Shown here: piece by piece, positions 10,169-19,951 of the stretch
Position numbering within the stretch: the stretch's first letter is position 1
Layout of the letters: every line of letters begins with the position of its first letter
Source of the DNA: Candidatus Bathyarchaeota archaeon
GTDB lineage: Archaea; Thermoproteota; Bathyarchaeia; Bathyarchaeales; Bathycorpusculaceae
DNA length: 64,000 bases
Assembly (NCBI GenBank): GCA_963811105.1
Contig: CAWEPZ010000011.1
Span: 192,001 to 256,000, forward strand
Direction of reading: 5' to 3'
Translations under genes and position numbers: made by a program
Notes under the pieces: generated by a model
What the model was told of the DNA's origin: nothing
Seen by the model: only the letters and a program-made list of their open reading frames with translations
Database searches by the model: none

Positions 10169-11623
10169 ATGTCCGAGCCTTTTTCCTATAAAATTAATGC
10201 TGAAATCCCACTTACCTACATGCAAAAACTATTCGATTACATATATAATCATTATTTGGTTCCTCAAAAACAAAAATTTACAGACCTTAACAGAGAGAAA
10301 TCATCTCAAGGAGACTATCTATCTTACATAATTATTGACAAGCAGGGAAAACAACTTCTTAAAGTTGAAGTTAGAAGCGGAATTCCTATTGAACTAAAAC
10401 TAACGCCAATTGACCCAACAGTTTCTCCTCAAGTCATTGAAGAGGCAAAGCAGGATATTATCATTTCAAGTCAAATCTTCCGCGAAAACAATAGAAAAGC
10501 CACAGTTTATTTTGCGTGGAGAGAAGGAGAACAAATAATTCCAGAAGCATATACAAAACCCGAAAAATCTTTCAACCGCCTCTTCCTGGAAACACAAGTG
10601 CTCTTTTTCCTCGTTTTCATCATTTTCGGCGTTGGAATTATTATTCCATTAACAGCGTTTTATCCTTCATGGATTTGGGTTGCGCCAATACTCCTAATTT
10701 TCATACAATTCATTTTTGTCGTGTATTCCAATAACTTTATCGCCAGAACAGCTGACTGGAAAATCACCAAAGATAACCCTACAATACATCTCTTGGAATA
10801 TTCTCTGCCAGTGAGCGAAGAAGCAGACTTAAAAAAGACGTATTCCAGAGAGCAGCTTTTAGCCGTAAAGAAAGAGATTTACGACGAAGTATTGTCTAAA
10901 CATGGCCAAGTCGATCCTTTAGCAGCTCAACAAGTCTTCCTAAACCATGGCATTCCCTGTCAGTTGGAAAACTTGAAATCTAAAAAAGTTAATGTCTACG
11001 AGATTGTTAAAAACATTGCTGACCGATTCAGTTTTCCGATGCCTAAAATTGTGGTTTCAAACACTATGATTCCTAACGCTGCAGCCTCCGGACCAAGTCC
11101 AAGCCGGGGGTTGGTTATGATAACCACGGGTCTTCTGGTTCAGCTTGAAGAGGATGAGATTCTAGGTATTTTAGGTCATGAGTTTGGCCACCTGAAAGGC
11201 AGAGACTCACTGATCCTATATGGCATGGTTTCCGTACAGTACCTTTTTCAATTCTACGTGCTGTTTCAATTTTTTCCCTTCATTCTCTCACCATTGCCGT
11301 TTCTAATTTACTTCTGGGGAGTCATGGTACTGATTTTCTTCATTGCAAAATTCCTTGAAGCCCGAGCAGATTTGATTTCCGCAATTATGGTCGGTTCGCC
11401 ACAAATTTTAGCTGGTTCTCTTGAAAAAATTGGTTTTCAACGGCTGTTGTATGAGCGAACGCCTTCTTTCCGTTTTCAAGAATGGCTAGGTTTAGATAAT
11501 CACCCGCCAATTTACTTCAGAGTAGCTATGCTTGAGAAACTTGGACCTGAAAAGATTAAGCATCCACTGTTAAAGTCGATAAAGGATGTTACCAAAGGAT
11601 TCATCGCTACATTGAAAAGCTAA
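10169..11623 (+). CDS. M48 (HtpX-like) membrane zinc metalloprotease with N-terminal extension
   Basis: PNAAASG, ITTGLL, HEFGH, EARAD, HPPIYFR; several TM segments. Confidence 0.9.
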   Translation: MSEPFSYKINAEIPLTYMQKLFDYIYNHYLVPQKQKFTDLNREKSSQGDYLSYIIIDKQGKQLLKVEVRSGIPIELKLTPIDPTVSPQVIEEAKQDIIISSQIFRENNRKATVYFAWREGEQIIPEAYTKPEKSFNRLFLETQVLFFLVFIIFGVGIIIPLTAFYPSWIWVAPILLIFIQFIFVVYSNNFIARTADWKITKDNPTIHLLEYSLPVSEEADLKKTYSREQLLAVKKEIYDEVLSKHGQVDPLAAQQVFLNHGIPCQLENLKSKKVNVYEIVKNIADRFSFPMPKIVVSNTMIPNAAASGPSPSRGLVMITTGLLVQLEEDEILGILGHEFGHLKGRDSLILYGMVSVQYLFQFYVLFQFFPFILSPLPFLIYFWGVMVLIFFIAKFLEARADLISAIMVGSPQILAGSLEKIGFQRLLYERTPSFRFQEWLGLDNHPPIYFRVAMLEKLGPEKIKHPLLKSIKDVTKGFIATLKS

Positions 11624-11712
11624 ACAGCTGGCAGTTCATAATCCCAATTTGCTAGAAATCCTTATCCGTCTCTTCCAGTTTTAAATCAAATGATTTTTGG
11701 AGTTGCGTTTGC

Positions 11713-11911
11713 TTGAGTTATTCCATCCAGCTAATTAGTCCAGAAGAAAAGGACAGGCTTTTTGAAGCCTATGATGCCAGATTGCTTTATACTAGCAAAG
11801 CGGAAAATTTACGGATTCTGCATCAAATTACTGACAGAATCCGAGAACACAACAGGAACTCCGCAAGCTACTCAAGAGGAGATTCGCAAAGCTCTTTACC
11901 TGAAAAAATAG
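11713..11911 (+). pseudogene. Frameshifted, internally deleted remnant of a conserved archaeal protein (resembles the HPr-kinase-like / 'aldolase'-annotated family)
   Basis: MSYSIQLISPEEKDRLFEAYDARLLYTSKAE, then a one-base frameshift to IYGFCIKLLTESE joined to NTTGTPQATQEEIRKALYLKK*. Family assignment is from recall only. Confidence 0.55.
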
Positions 11912-11974
11912 GTTATCTATCAAAAGAATAATAAAGCTATACAGACGAGTTACCTCAGCCTTGAAGGAGGAAAA

Positions 11975-13270
11975 TTGTTGAAGCTAATTTACGTTGCAAT
12001 AGACGGCATGGGAGATTTACCAATCAAGAGTTTAGGCGATAAAACACCCTTGGAAGCCGCTGTAACTCCAGATATGGATGATCTGGCCAAAAATGGCAAA
12101 ATTGGCTTAATGTACTCTGTTAAGAAAGGTGTTGCACCTGAGAGTGATGTCGCTGTTATTTCACTTTTAGGTTATGACCCTTTTAAATACAGCACAGGCA
12201 GAGGAGTAATCGAAGCCGTTGGCGCAGGGTTGAAAATGCAAGATGGCGATTTAGCTTTAAGATGCAACTTTGCCACATTAGGTCAAGGAAAAACCATAAT
12301 TGACCGCCGAGTGGCAAGAAGCCTCACAACAGATGAAGCTACGGAGCTAACTAAGGCTGCCAACAAACAAGTTAAGCTTGAATCTTACCCTGCAACATTT
12401 GAGTTTCGCAACACGCAGGGGCATAGAGCAGTCTTGTTGATAAAAAGTAAAGCCAAACCTCTTTCAAGCAACATAACAAACAGCGACCCAGCTTACATAG
12501 TAGTTAACGGTCTCGGTGTTGCGCAAGCTAAGGTTGAAATGGTGCTAAAAACCTGCGAACCCACCGATAATACAGATGCAGCGAAAATTTCAGCTGGCTT
12601 AGTAAATGAGTTTATAGAGAAAACTCACAAGCTTTGGGACAGCCACCCGATAAATGCAAAGCGTACGGCTGAGAGCAAACTTAAGGCAAACGTTGTTCTT
12701 ACCAGAGACGCAGGACACCTTTTACCCAAGTTCTTCAATATCAACGAACGGTACCACGTTAATTTTGCCTGTTTAGCTGATATGCAAGCTGAAAGGGGCA
12801 TTGCGCAACTGGCAGGAATGGATTCGATGCTTTTGCCGCCGCCTTCGGGCAACCTACAGAAAGACTGCGAATTACGCGTTAAAACCCTACTCGCCGTGCT
12901 TCCCAAACATGACTGCTTCTACATTCACCTTAAAGGTCCAGATGAGCCAGGACACGATGGAAACTGCACATTAAAAACTCAGATTATCTCAATCATAGAC
13001 AAGGACTTCTTTGGTCCCCTACTAAAGCAGATTTCCTTAAAAGACAATCTTATCTGCATAACAACTGACCATGCCACGCCCTGTTCGCTAAAAGTTCACA
13101 GCGACACACCTGTGCCGGTGCTGATTTCAGGTGCTGAAGTAAAGGGCAACGGTATAGCGGTAAAGTTCTGTGAGAAAGAGTGTGCCAAAGGAAGCTTAGG
13201 AACGCTGGAACGCGGATGCGAATTATTGCCAAAACTTATGACTCTAATTAAAAGAAGCCAACAGCAATAA
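11975..13270 (+). CDS. apgM: 2,3-bisphosphoglycerate-independent phosphoglycerate mutase (archaeal type)
   Basis: IDGMGD, KTPLEAA, ESDVA, GRGVIEA, HLKGPDEPGHDG, TTDHATP, HSDTPVP. Confidence 0.92.
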   Translation: MLKLIYVAIDGMGDLPIKSLGDKTPLEAAVTPDMDDLAKNGKIGLMYSVKKGVAPESDVAVISLLGYDPFKYSTGRGVIEAVGAGLKMQDGDLALRCNFATLGQGKTIIDRRVARSLTTDEATELTKAANKQVKLESYPATFEFRNTQGHRAVLLIKSKAKPLSSNITNSDPAYIVVNGLGVAQAKVEMVLKTCEPTDNTDAAKISAGLVNEFIEKTHKLWDSHPINAKRTAESKLKANVVLTRDAGHLLPKFFNINERYHVNFACLADMQAERGIAQLAGMDSMLLPPPSGNLQKDCELRVKTLLAVLPKHDCFYIHLKGPDEPGHDGNCTLKTQIISIIDKDFFGPLLKQISLKDNLICITTDHATPCSLKVHSDTPVPVLISGAEVKGNGIAVKFCEKECAKGSLGTLERGCELLPKLMTLIKRSQQQ

Positions 13271-13322
13271 TTTTGCTTTCCTTTTTTCAACAATACTTAA
13301 TTGGGAAATAACGCTATTTTTA

Positions 13323-13796
13323 ATGGGAGCTTTATGGTTTCTGTATTTCAGATAGATCTTGTTTTTCAAGCTTCGATTTTTTGATATTCTCGCAGTGGGT
13401 ATGGCAGTTGAGCGTAAACATAAGATTAAGTGGCATGCTCAATTGATGTTGGCGACTCTTGTGTTAAATATTGTTTCGTTTTTGGCTGTGATGGGTCCTG
13501 CATGCGATAATGTTGGAGATGGAGTAGTGGGCACTTTAGGCATCGTAGCGATGCGGCACGTCGGTTCTGGCGGTTTAGCTTTGATTTTGAGTTTCTAGGT
13601 TGTTGGTTCTTGGTTATCATCGCCACTGCTGATGCCATCGTTAAAGATCAGTTGTTATGGTGCTTTGAACAAGAAGCTTATGTGGGCTGTTCTTTAACTT
13701 TGGCTTTCTTCGCTTGATTTTAGGGTTTTTTCCCTTATGCTCCGATTAATACAGGGATGTTTGGCAGCTTTCCCATTATTCAAGGTGGCGATTAGG
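13323..13796 (+). pseudogene. Degraded small membrane protein (DUF420-like)
   Basis: Hydrophobic segments such as KHKIKWHAQLMLATLVLNIVSFL spread over several frames with stops. Confidence 0.5.
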
Positions 13797-13867
13797 TTTA
13801 GAGCAAAAAGTAAGATGTGTCCTTTAATAAAAGAGGGTGCAATAGGTTAACAGCTGTGAAATAAGAA

Positions 13868-14209
13868 ATGGCTTACTTGCGGATAGAAAAAGAAAACCTC
13901 GAAGTTTTATATTCACTTAAGGCGATTTGGGAAACGATACCCAAAGTGGTAGATTCACTTAATTGGAAAATCGAAGAGGCCGACGATGCTACGAATCATC
14001 TTAAGGTTAAGACTAAAGGGGGATTCATATCTTATCCGTCAATGATAAGAATCGATTTGTCTGTTATAGATGAGAAAACCACGAGGTTGATAGTGGAAGC
14101 TGAGACTCCGGTAACAACAATTACGGCCGTCGCGGATTACGGCAGGACAAGGGAACGCGTTGACCAGTTTGTTGTTGCACTTGCCAAGCTGATGGAAAGT
14201 AACAAATAA
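13868..14209 (+). CDS. Hypothetical protein
   Basis: 113-aa ATG ORF with globular composition. Confidence 0.75.
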   Translation: MAYLRIEKENLEVLYSLKAIWETIPKVVDSLNWKIEEADDATNHLKVKTKGGFISYPSMIRIDLSVIDEKTTRLIVEAETPVTTITAVADYGRTRERVDQFVVALAKLMESNK

Positions 14210-14318
14210 AACGTATATTGCCCAAGTATTTGTGACCTGCGCAAAAGACAGCTTCATTTAATTCTATTAAGAACGAAAGTTATATGACTGCTTTGGTCAC
14301 ATTAAAACAACACAAACA

Positions 14319-14735
14319 GTGTACTTTATGAGTAACAAGCATCCTTCACTCATTTACAAAGGCAGAAGCATAGGTGTCCTAATTTTAACCGTTGCGCAGC
14401 TGCTTATCGGAGCAATCCACATCCTGTTTGGTTTCCTGCTTCTCAGATCCGAAGGGTCAATTCTGAAAGCAACCATTGCCTACGATATTTACACAGTGGC
14501 TTTCGGGATATTGGTTTTGGTTTTTGGATGGCTTATTTGGCAGGGCAAAAAAACTGGCTGGGTCGGCACCGTGGCAGTTTCTGTATTCGTTAGCATCGCC
14601 GACGCCTTGGCGGTTCTTGGTTTACCAAGTATCCCCGGAATCCCAACGTTTGCAGCACCAACTGAGATAATATACAGCTTGTTTGTCGTAATCTACTTGT
14701 TGCAACCACATGTTAGGAAAAAATACGGGCTATAA
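14319..14735 (+). CDS. Hypothetical membrane protein (about 4 TM)
   Basis: Four hydrophobic stretches; ends IYLLQPHVRKKY. Confidence 0.75.
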   Translation: MYFMSNKHPSLIYKGRSIGVLILTVAQLLIGAIHILFGFLLLRSEGSILKATIAYDIYTVAFGILVLVFGWLIWQGKKTGWVGTVAVSVFVSIADALAVLGLPSIPGIPTFAAPTEIIYSLFVVIYLLQPHVRKKYGL

Positions 14736-14736
14736 G

Positions 14737-15402
14737 TTAAGGAATTGTCGCATTGTTGGCGAACCCTCGGCTTTCCCAATAGCCAAGGTAGTTTACGTTG
14801 TCTGTTAATTCAATTTTTGTTAGCCATTTTATCCATTTGTAACCGTATTGGCTTTCGGCTACTAGTTGAAAAGGGAAGCCTCGTTCTGGTGGGATTGTTA
14901 AATTGTTCATTTTATAGGCTATCATTATGTTTTTGCCGGTTAAGTAACTAAGTGGAAGAGCGGTTGAATAATTATCGGCTGCATAAAATATCGCTGCGGC
15001 TGCACTACTTTTAATGCCTGCTTGCTGTAGCAAGTCGGTTACAAGGAAGCCTTCCCATAGAATTGTCGCTGTCCAACCTTCTATGCAATGGATAGTTACA
15101 ACTTTTTGGTATTTCTGAAAAATATTGAGAACATCGTCATAAGAGTACTGAATTGTTTTGTTTACCAATCCAGTTATGGTGAGCTTGTACGTTGAGACGT
15201 TGATGTATTGTGTTCCCGCAATGTTGTTTTCAATAACATTACTAATTGAAGATAGGTTCTCGCCTTGATAATTTCTTATTTCCGTCGGATATAGGTTCTT
15301 TGGTTGAATTTGCAAATAAACGCCTATCCAAAGCGCCATAAGTAACAGCATAGTGACGAGAAAAACGACAATCCAAACTCGATAACGCTTCACTCTTTCC
15401 AT
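14737..15402 (-). CDS. Molybdopterin-dependent oxidoreductase (sulfite oxidase/MsrP-like catalytic domain) with N-terminal membrane anchor
   Basis: TIHCIEGW, W.G, IAYKMN, ERGFPFQLV, YGYKWIKWL, GYWESRG. Confidence 0.88.
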   Translation of the reverse strand: MERVKRYRVWIVVFLVTMLLLMALWIGVYLQIQPKNLYPTEIRNYQGENLSSISNVIENNIAGTQYINVSTYKLTITGLVNKTIQYSYDDVLNIFQKYQKVVTIHCIEGWTATILWEGFLVTDLLQQAGIKSSAAAAIFYAADNYSTALPLSYLTGKNIMIAYKMNNLTIPPERGFPFQLVAESQYGYKWIKWLTKIELTDNVNYLGYWESRGFANNATIP

Positions 15403-15504
15403 TAAAAAACCAACTAAAGAAAAAGCGAAAGAACCTTTAAAACTTACCGACTAAGCCAAAGAAACAAACAGATGAACCAAACTCAGATTTTTTTTCTTCA
15501 ATCC

Positions 15505-16257
15505 CTAAAAATAGGTTGAAGGTTTTTTCATCCAATCATGAGCAAAAATCTCTGCTTCCCCACTTTCAATACCCGCGACAATCTTTTTTGCTACAAATTC
15601 CGCCGTATCTGGTTCAAATGGTGCCCCTTCATATTCGCCTTCTTCCTCTTGAGCGCCTTCTTCTTCAATAAGAGGAGGCTTGATTGTGTTTTCTTCAAAA
15701 TCTGTACTAGTGATGTAGGGGTACATGACTGAGACGGCTATGTTGTCTTTTTTGAGCTCTTCACGCGCGGTCAGACTTATGTGAGAGAGCGCCCGCTTCA
15801 GCGAGCTATAGATGCTCATTCCTGGCAAATACATCAGCGCCAACCCTGAACTTATGTTAATGATTGATCCTTCGCCCTGTTTGCGCATGAGGGGGATAAC
15901 TTGCTGCATGGCAACAACTGGACCTAAAAAGTCAAGGTTGAATATGCAGTGAATTATGTCAACGTCAATTCTCTCAATTGTTGCGTCATAGCCTTGCCCC
16001 GCGTTGTTGACTAAAATGTCAATTCTTCCAAAGTGTTCGTGCACCTGCTTAATCATACGTTCAACGTCTTCAACTTTAGAAATGTCTGCAACAACTGCAA
16101 TCGAATCAGGCAATTCCTTGGCAAGCATCTCAAGCTTCTCTTTTGAACGCGCAACCAAAGCCAGGTTGGCGCCTTTAATAGAAAGAAGCTTTGCCGTTGC
16201 TAAGCCGATGCCGCCCGATGCGCCAGTAACAATTGCAACTTTTCCCTTGACATCCAT
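15505..16257 (-). CDS. Short-chain dehydrogenase/reductase
   Basis: TGASGGIG, DILVNNAG, NISS, YSSLK (YxxxK). Confidence 0.93.
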   Translation of the reverse strand: MDVKGKVAIVTGASGGIGLATAKLLSIKGANLALVARSKEKLEMLAKELPDSIAVVADISKVEDVERMIKQVHEHFGRIDILVNNAGQGYDATIERIDVDIIHCIFNLDFLGPVVAMQQVIPLMRKQGEGSIINISSGLALMYLPGMSIYSSLKRALSHISLTAREELKKDNIAVSVMYPYITSTDFEENTIKPPLIEEEGAQEEEGEYEGAPFEPDTAEFVAKKIVAGIESGEAEIFAHDWMKKPSTYF

Positions 16258-16268
16258 TAAAATCAGCC

Positions 16269-16847
16269 TTAGTCAATTCGTTTGAGGACCACTGCTGGAT
16301 GCTTCGGAGGCGCCTTCGGAAAACCGCCCTTAGGATAGCCAAAGATGATTGCGGCATGGACATCATAATCCTCAGGTACGCCCAGACCGCTTTTAATGTT
16401 AGGCTCATTAGCAGTAGGAACGGCGGTGCCTATCCAACAACTTCCTATGCCAAGTGTATAGGCGGCAAGCATCATGTTTTGCGCTGCCATAGAACAGTCA
16501 TAAACCGCGTAGACAGATTTAACTCCAGAAACAAAAACCAGCAGAGGCGCATTGTAGAAAATATTGTATTTTGGATCAGATAACCGTTTTTTTAAGCCCA
16601 CTAAACCTTCGTCGCCTACGTCAGGCAACATTCGAATTAATGCGGTTTTCGCCAAGTCGGACAGGCGTTTCATTTCTGCTTTGTTTGTGACAATTGTGAA
16701 TTTCCATGGTTGAACATTAATTGCGGAAGGCGCGTAAGTTGCAGCTTCAAGCATAGTTTCGAGCGCTGAATCAGGTACAGCTTTATCTTCATAACTGCGA
16801 ATTGCTCGCCTAGATCTTAATGTTTCAATAACAGGATCCTTACTCAT
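16269..16847 (-). CDS. Nitroreductase family protein
   Basis: RRAIRSY, APSAINVQPWKF, AAQNMMLAAYTLGIGSCWIG. Confidence 0.93.
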   Translation of the reverse strand: MSKDPVIETLRSRRAIRSYEDKAVPDSALETMLEAATYAPSAINVQPWKFTIVTNKAEMKRLSDLAKTALIRMLPDVGDEGLVGLKKRLSDPKYNIFYNAPLLVFVSGVKSVYAVYDCSMAAQNMMLAAYTLGIGSCWIGTAVPTANEPNIKSGLGVPEDYDVHAAIIFGYPKGGFPKAPPKHPAVVLKRID

Positions 16848-16971
16848 AAAATTCGCCGCTTATAGGAAATCAATGAGATTTATAAAAACAATTCTCTAAG
16901 CTAACACCTACTTTGCCCAAAAATAGTCCAAAAAAAGATAGCCCCCTTTTCTAAACTTATTAAAATCGAAA

Positions 16972-17382
16972 TTACATGGCTTTGTCTCGAAGGGTGTTAA
17001 AATAAGAGGGCAAGCTTTCAATGCAGGCAATATTTCTGCCAACCAAAGCTTGCAAATCACTCCAAAATCGCATATCCACTTTGACTTTTGCCCTCTCCAA
17101 GTTACTCTTTAGACGCATTGTGCCTTCTTTGCCCCTTCGGTCAAAATCTAGAAGAAGAATAACATCGGACGCACCAAGTTTTTCTATTTCCGCCCCTGCT
17201 TGCAGAAAAGATTTGCCGCCAGTTTTCACAGTTATAACCCTGCCCATGATACCTAACTCTCGGAGGGCTAATTCGTCTTTTTTGCCCTCGACAATCACAA
17301 GTTTACCCTTCACTGACTCCTCTGTCAACTTGGCAATGATTTGTAGGATTTTTTCCTCTTTGTCTCTAAGCCTGGTTGACAA
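16972..17382 (-). CDS. Small TOPRIM-domain protein
   Basis: VIVEGKKD, ILLLDFDRRG. Confidence 0.88.
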   Translation of the reverse strand: MSTRLRDKEEKILQIIAKLTEESVKGKLVIVEGKKDELALRELGIMGRVITVKTGGKSFLQAGAEIEKLGASDVILLLDFDRRGKEGTMRLKSNLERAKVKVDMRFWSDLQALVGRNIACIESLPSYFNTLRDKAM

Positions 17383-17387
17383 AACCG

Positions 17388-18476
17388 CTACCTTGTAATC
17401 TTAGCCTGCCGCACCGTCTCTAAACAAGCCTTAGCCTCACCATTATTAGCAAAGTACAGCCTAACAGGTTCCAATATAGCTGCAAGCTCAATTGCCACCC
17501 CATTTTTTAAGTCCATAGGATGTAGCTTACCATTGCAATATGCAGTTTCGAGTTCTTGGAAGCTTTGGTATTCGATGTTTGCGCCGAATTTTGCAGGGCG
17601 TTCAATCTTGAAACAGGGCTTTTCACGGAATATGATGTATTTGCAGATGTCGAGCACTGGGTTGAATCTGACGATTCGCTCCGGACAGAAAGCTCTGCAC
17701 ATCTTCTGTTTAATTTCCTCCGGTGAATCATAGATGAAAATGCAGGTTTGAGGTTTGCTCTTTGACATTTTTGCTGAGGCAACTGCTTCTTTCTCTTGAC
17801 CCTCAGGAATAGGCCAAATTGCAGGCTTCTCTAACCCCTGCAGTAAATGGTGATGCGCGCAGACGGGTTTCCAGCAACCGATTTTTTCGCCTACCTCCCT
17901 CGCAACCATGTTTGCTTTGCGTTGGTCCATGCCCAACTGACAAATTTTGACTTTCATCTCAAAAATGTCAGCAACTTGCATTGGCGTGTAGAGGTAATCT
18001 GAAACGTAATGAGCTTCGCCTTCTTTTCTCCCCGCGATTTCGAGGGTTCTTGTAGTTCTGGCTAAAGTTAGGTTTTTGGAAATTATAACCGTTTTAGCCC
18101 AATAATCGATATCTTTGTAGAGCTCGTCTGAGTAAATGAATTCAACCTTGTCTTCAGGTACGCCTAGAGCAAGCCATGAATGTCGGAAAAGGTCAGCGGC
18201 TTTGCGTATGAGAGTTAAGTCGCCGCCTAGCTTGTTGTTCAACCATGCGTGCCACGTAGCTAAAAACGCTTTGAAATGCACGCCTGCCTCGGCGAAATCT
18301 TTCATTTTGTAAGCGCAGATAACGCCTGTTCCCAAATGTGCTAAACCAGATGGCTCCCAGCCGTTGTAGGCGATGGGATGGTCTTCCGCTTCAAAAAGTT
18401 GGCGTAGGTCATCGGGTGTGATAACTTCCTCAGTTGGCGGTCTGCAGATTAGCTCAATTTTCTTCTCTATGTCCAA
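17388..18476 (-). CDS. tyrS: Tyrosine--tRNA ligase
   Basis: YNGWEPSGLAHLG, YTPMQVADI, GMDQRK, KMSKS, LHPMDLK. Confidence 0.95.
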   Translation of the reverse strand: MDIEKKIELICRPPTEEVITPDDLRQLFEAEDHPIAYNGWEPSGLAHLGTGVICAYKMKDFAEAGVHFKAFLATWHAWLNNKLGGDLTLIRKAADLFRHSWLALGVPEDKVEFIYSDELYKDIDYWAKTVIISKNLTLARTTRTLEIAGRKEGEAHYVSDYLYTPMQVADIFEMKVKICQLGMDQRKANMVAREVGEKIGCWKPVCAHHHLLQGLEKPAIWPIPEGQEKEAVASAKMSKSKPQTCIFIYDSPEEIKQKMCRAFCPERIVRFNPVLDICKYIIFREKPCFKIERPAKFGANIEYQSFQELETAYCNGKLHPMDLKNGVAIELAAILEPVRLYFANNGEAKACLETVRQAKITR

Positions 18477-18523
18477 GTGCTCTCATCTTCCTGTGCTTCC
18501 TAGCTTTAATGTGGTTGTTGAAC

Positions 18524-18805
18524 TTAAAAATCTAGTTTGAGTTTCTTGATTTCATAAGGCTTAGGTTTTAATTTTTTGGTCAAACGTATCATGTATTTTT
18601 TCTCATCTATTTTTTTTATACGACTGTCAATCAGCCCCTGTTTTACCGCTTCGGTTATGACCTGGTTGAAAGAAACGGGTTGAATGTTTGCGGTTTTCTT
18701 ATTGGTGATGATTATCCAGATTTCATGGTACTTGTTATTATTTTCTTTGAGAAACTGGGCAAGATCTGGGAGACTTTCTGGTTCAAAAGTTACTGGTTCA
18801 ACCAT
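18524..18805 (-). CDS. Hypothetical protein resembling the N-terminal part of YdeI/OmdA-like proteins
   Basis: EIWIIITNKK...EAVKQGLIDSRIKKIDEKKYMIRLT resembles the YdeI EALCFGWID...RFTPR segment. Confidence 0.6.
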   Translation of the reverse strand: MVEPVTFEPESLPDLAQFLKENNNKYHEIWIIITNKKTANIQPVSFNQVITEAVKQGLIDSRIKKIDEKKYMIRLTKKLKPKPYEIKKLKLDF

Positions 18806-18826
18806 AATATTGCACTTACCTTTTTT

Positions 18827-19040
18827 GCGGGCTGTTGTCTCCCAAGTAACCTAACACTTGACCGCATAGCTGAGCGTTGCTTTTAGCTTGGCCAAGTTCT
18901 CTCGGCTTGGGATTTTATTTCGCCCGTGCCTCACCTGTTCCATAATTGGGTAGAACCCTATCGTCATAGGTGCAAGATTTGTGTTTCTTGCGTTCCCTCT
19001 GTTGAGTCCGTCGTTATGGGTGCTCGATTTTGGTGAGGCA
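18827..19040. ncRNA. Candidate structured non-coding RNA/element with two adjacent multi-helix domains
   Basis: Eight complementary segments found by eye, e.g. TCCCAAG/CTTGGGA, TGCCTCACC/GGTGAGGCA, GCAAGA/TCTTGC; GC-richer than the flanks. Confidence 0.5.
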
Positions 19041-19151
19041 ATAAAAATAGGTGTGGAGTGTTGGTTAAATGTTGCTGTATAATTACTTTCGTTCTTCGGA
19101 GATTCTAAGTTGAGATTTTGAAACAAAAAAAGGAATGGGTTGTTTATTGGG

Positions 19152-19868
19152 TTATTTGAAGAATTTCCAAACTATAGCTGCTATGATTCCGCCGATTATT
19201 GGTGCAACCCAAAAGACCCAAAGTTGACTCAGCGCTGTTCCTTGTACGAAGAGTGCTGGTCCTAGGCTTCTCGCAGGGTTGACTGATGTGCCGTCGATAG
19301 GTATTGCTACAAGGTGAACTAGTACGATGGTTAAGCCGATCGCTATTCCAGCGAATCCTTTAGGTACCCTTTCATGAGTTGAACCGTGAACGACAAGTAC
19401 GAATATGAAGGTCAAAACGATTTCAGCTATAAGCACAGATATTAAAGAATAACTGCTGTAACTGTTTGCGCCTAATCCAATGGCAGATAAGCTATAATTT
19501 GAGTTCCCACTTACTATTGCGTAAAGTATGCCTGCACCTATTACTGCACCGAGACACTGGAAAACAATGTAGAAAACGGTGTCCTTAACACTTATTTTTC
19601 CTGCGATAAGCATTGAGATTGAAACCGCGGGATTTATGTGACATCCGGAGACGCTGCCTATGGCGTAAACCATTGCTAGCACTGCAAGACCGAAAGCAAA
19701 AGCAATCCCAATATATTGACCTGCAATAACTGCGCTTCCGCAACCCATTAGCACTAGAACCATGGTACCAATCAGTTCGGCTGCATATTTTTTAATCGAC
19801 ATGATTTGAGGTGTGGCTGGAGGAGGTTGTGCTACTTCTGTAAGCTTCTTTTCTACTTCTTCACTCAT
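19152..19868 (-). CDS. aqpZ: Aquaporin (MIP family, AqpZ-like)
   Basis: SGCHINPAV and GTSVNPARS (two NPA motifs). Confidence 0.93.
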   Translation of the reverse strand: MSEEVEKKLTEVAQPPPATPQIMSIKKYAAELIGTMVLVLMGCGSAVIAGQYIGIAFAFGLAVLAMVYAIGSVSGCHINPAVSISMLIAGKISVKDTVFYIVFQCLGAVIGAGILYAIVSGNSNYSLSAIGLGANSYSSYSLISVLIAEIVLTFIFVLVVHGSTHERVPKGFAGIAIGLTIVLVHLVAIPIDGTSVNPARSLGPALFVQGTALSQLWVFWVAPIIGGIIAAIVWKFFK

Positions 19869-19951
19869 TTTTATTTCCCCTAAACGGTCAAGGTTCTACC
19901 TTTCAGCTTATAATATTTTCCATCAACAAAGCGCTAACTATGAAAAAGCAC

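Noticed and set aside
18998-19012. CTGTTGAGTCCG resembling a hammerhead ribozyme core
   Set aside because: The core needs CUGANGA plus a downstream GAAA; here it is CUGUUGA with no properly placed GAAA.
18827-19040. RNase P RNA or SRP RNA identity for the structured element
   Set aside because: Lacks the RNase P GAGGAA(A/C)(G/U)UCC and AACAGAA motifs and the SRP helix-8 GGAA/AGCA motif on both strands.
18851-19126. 91-aa minus-strand ORF
   Set aside because: No SD or recognisable motif; it coincides with the heavily base-paired element and is better explained as non-coding.
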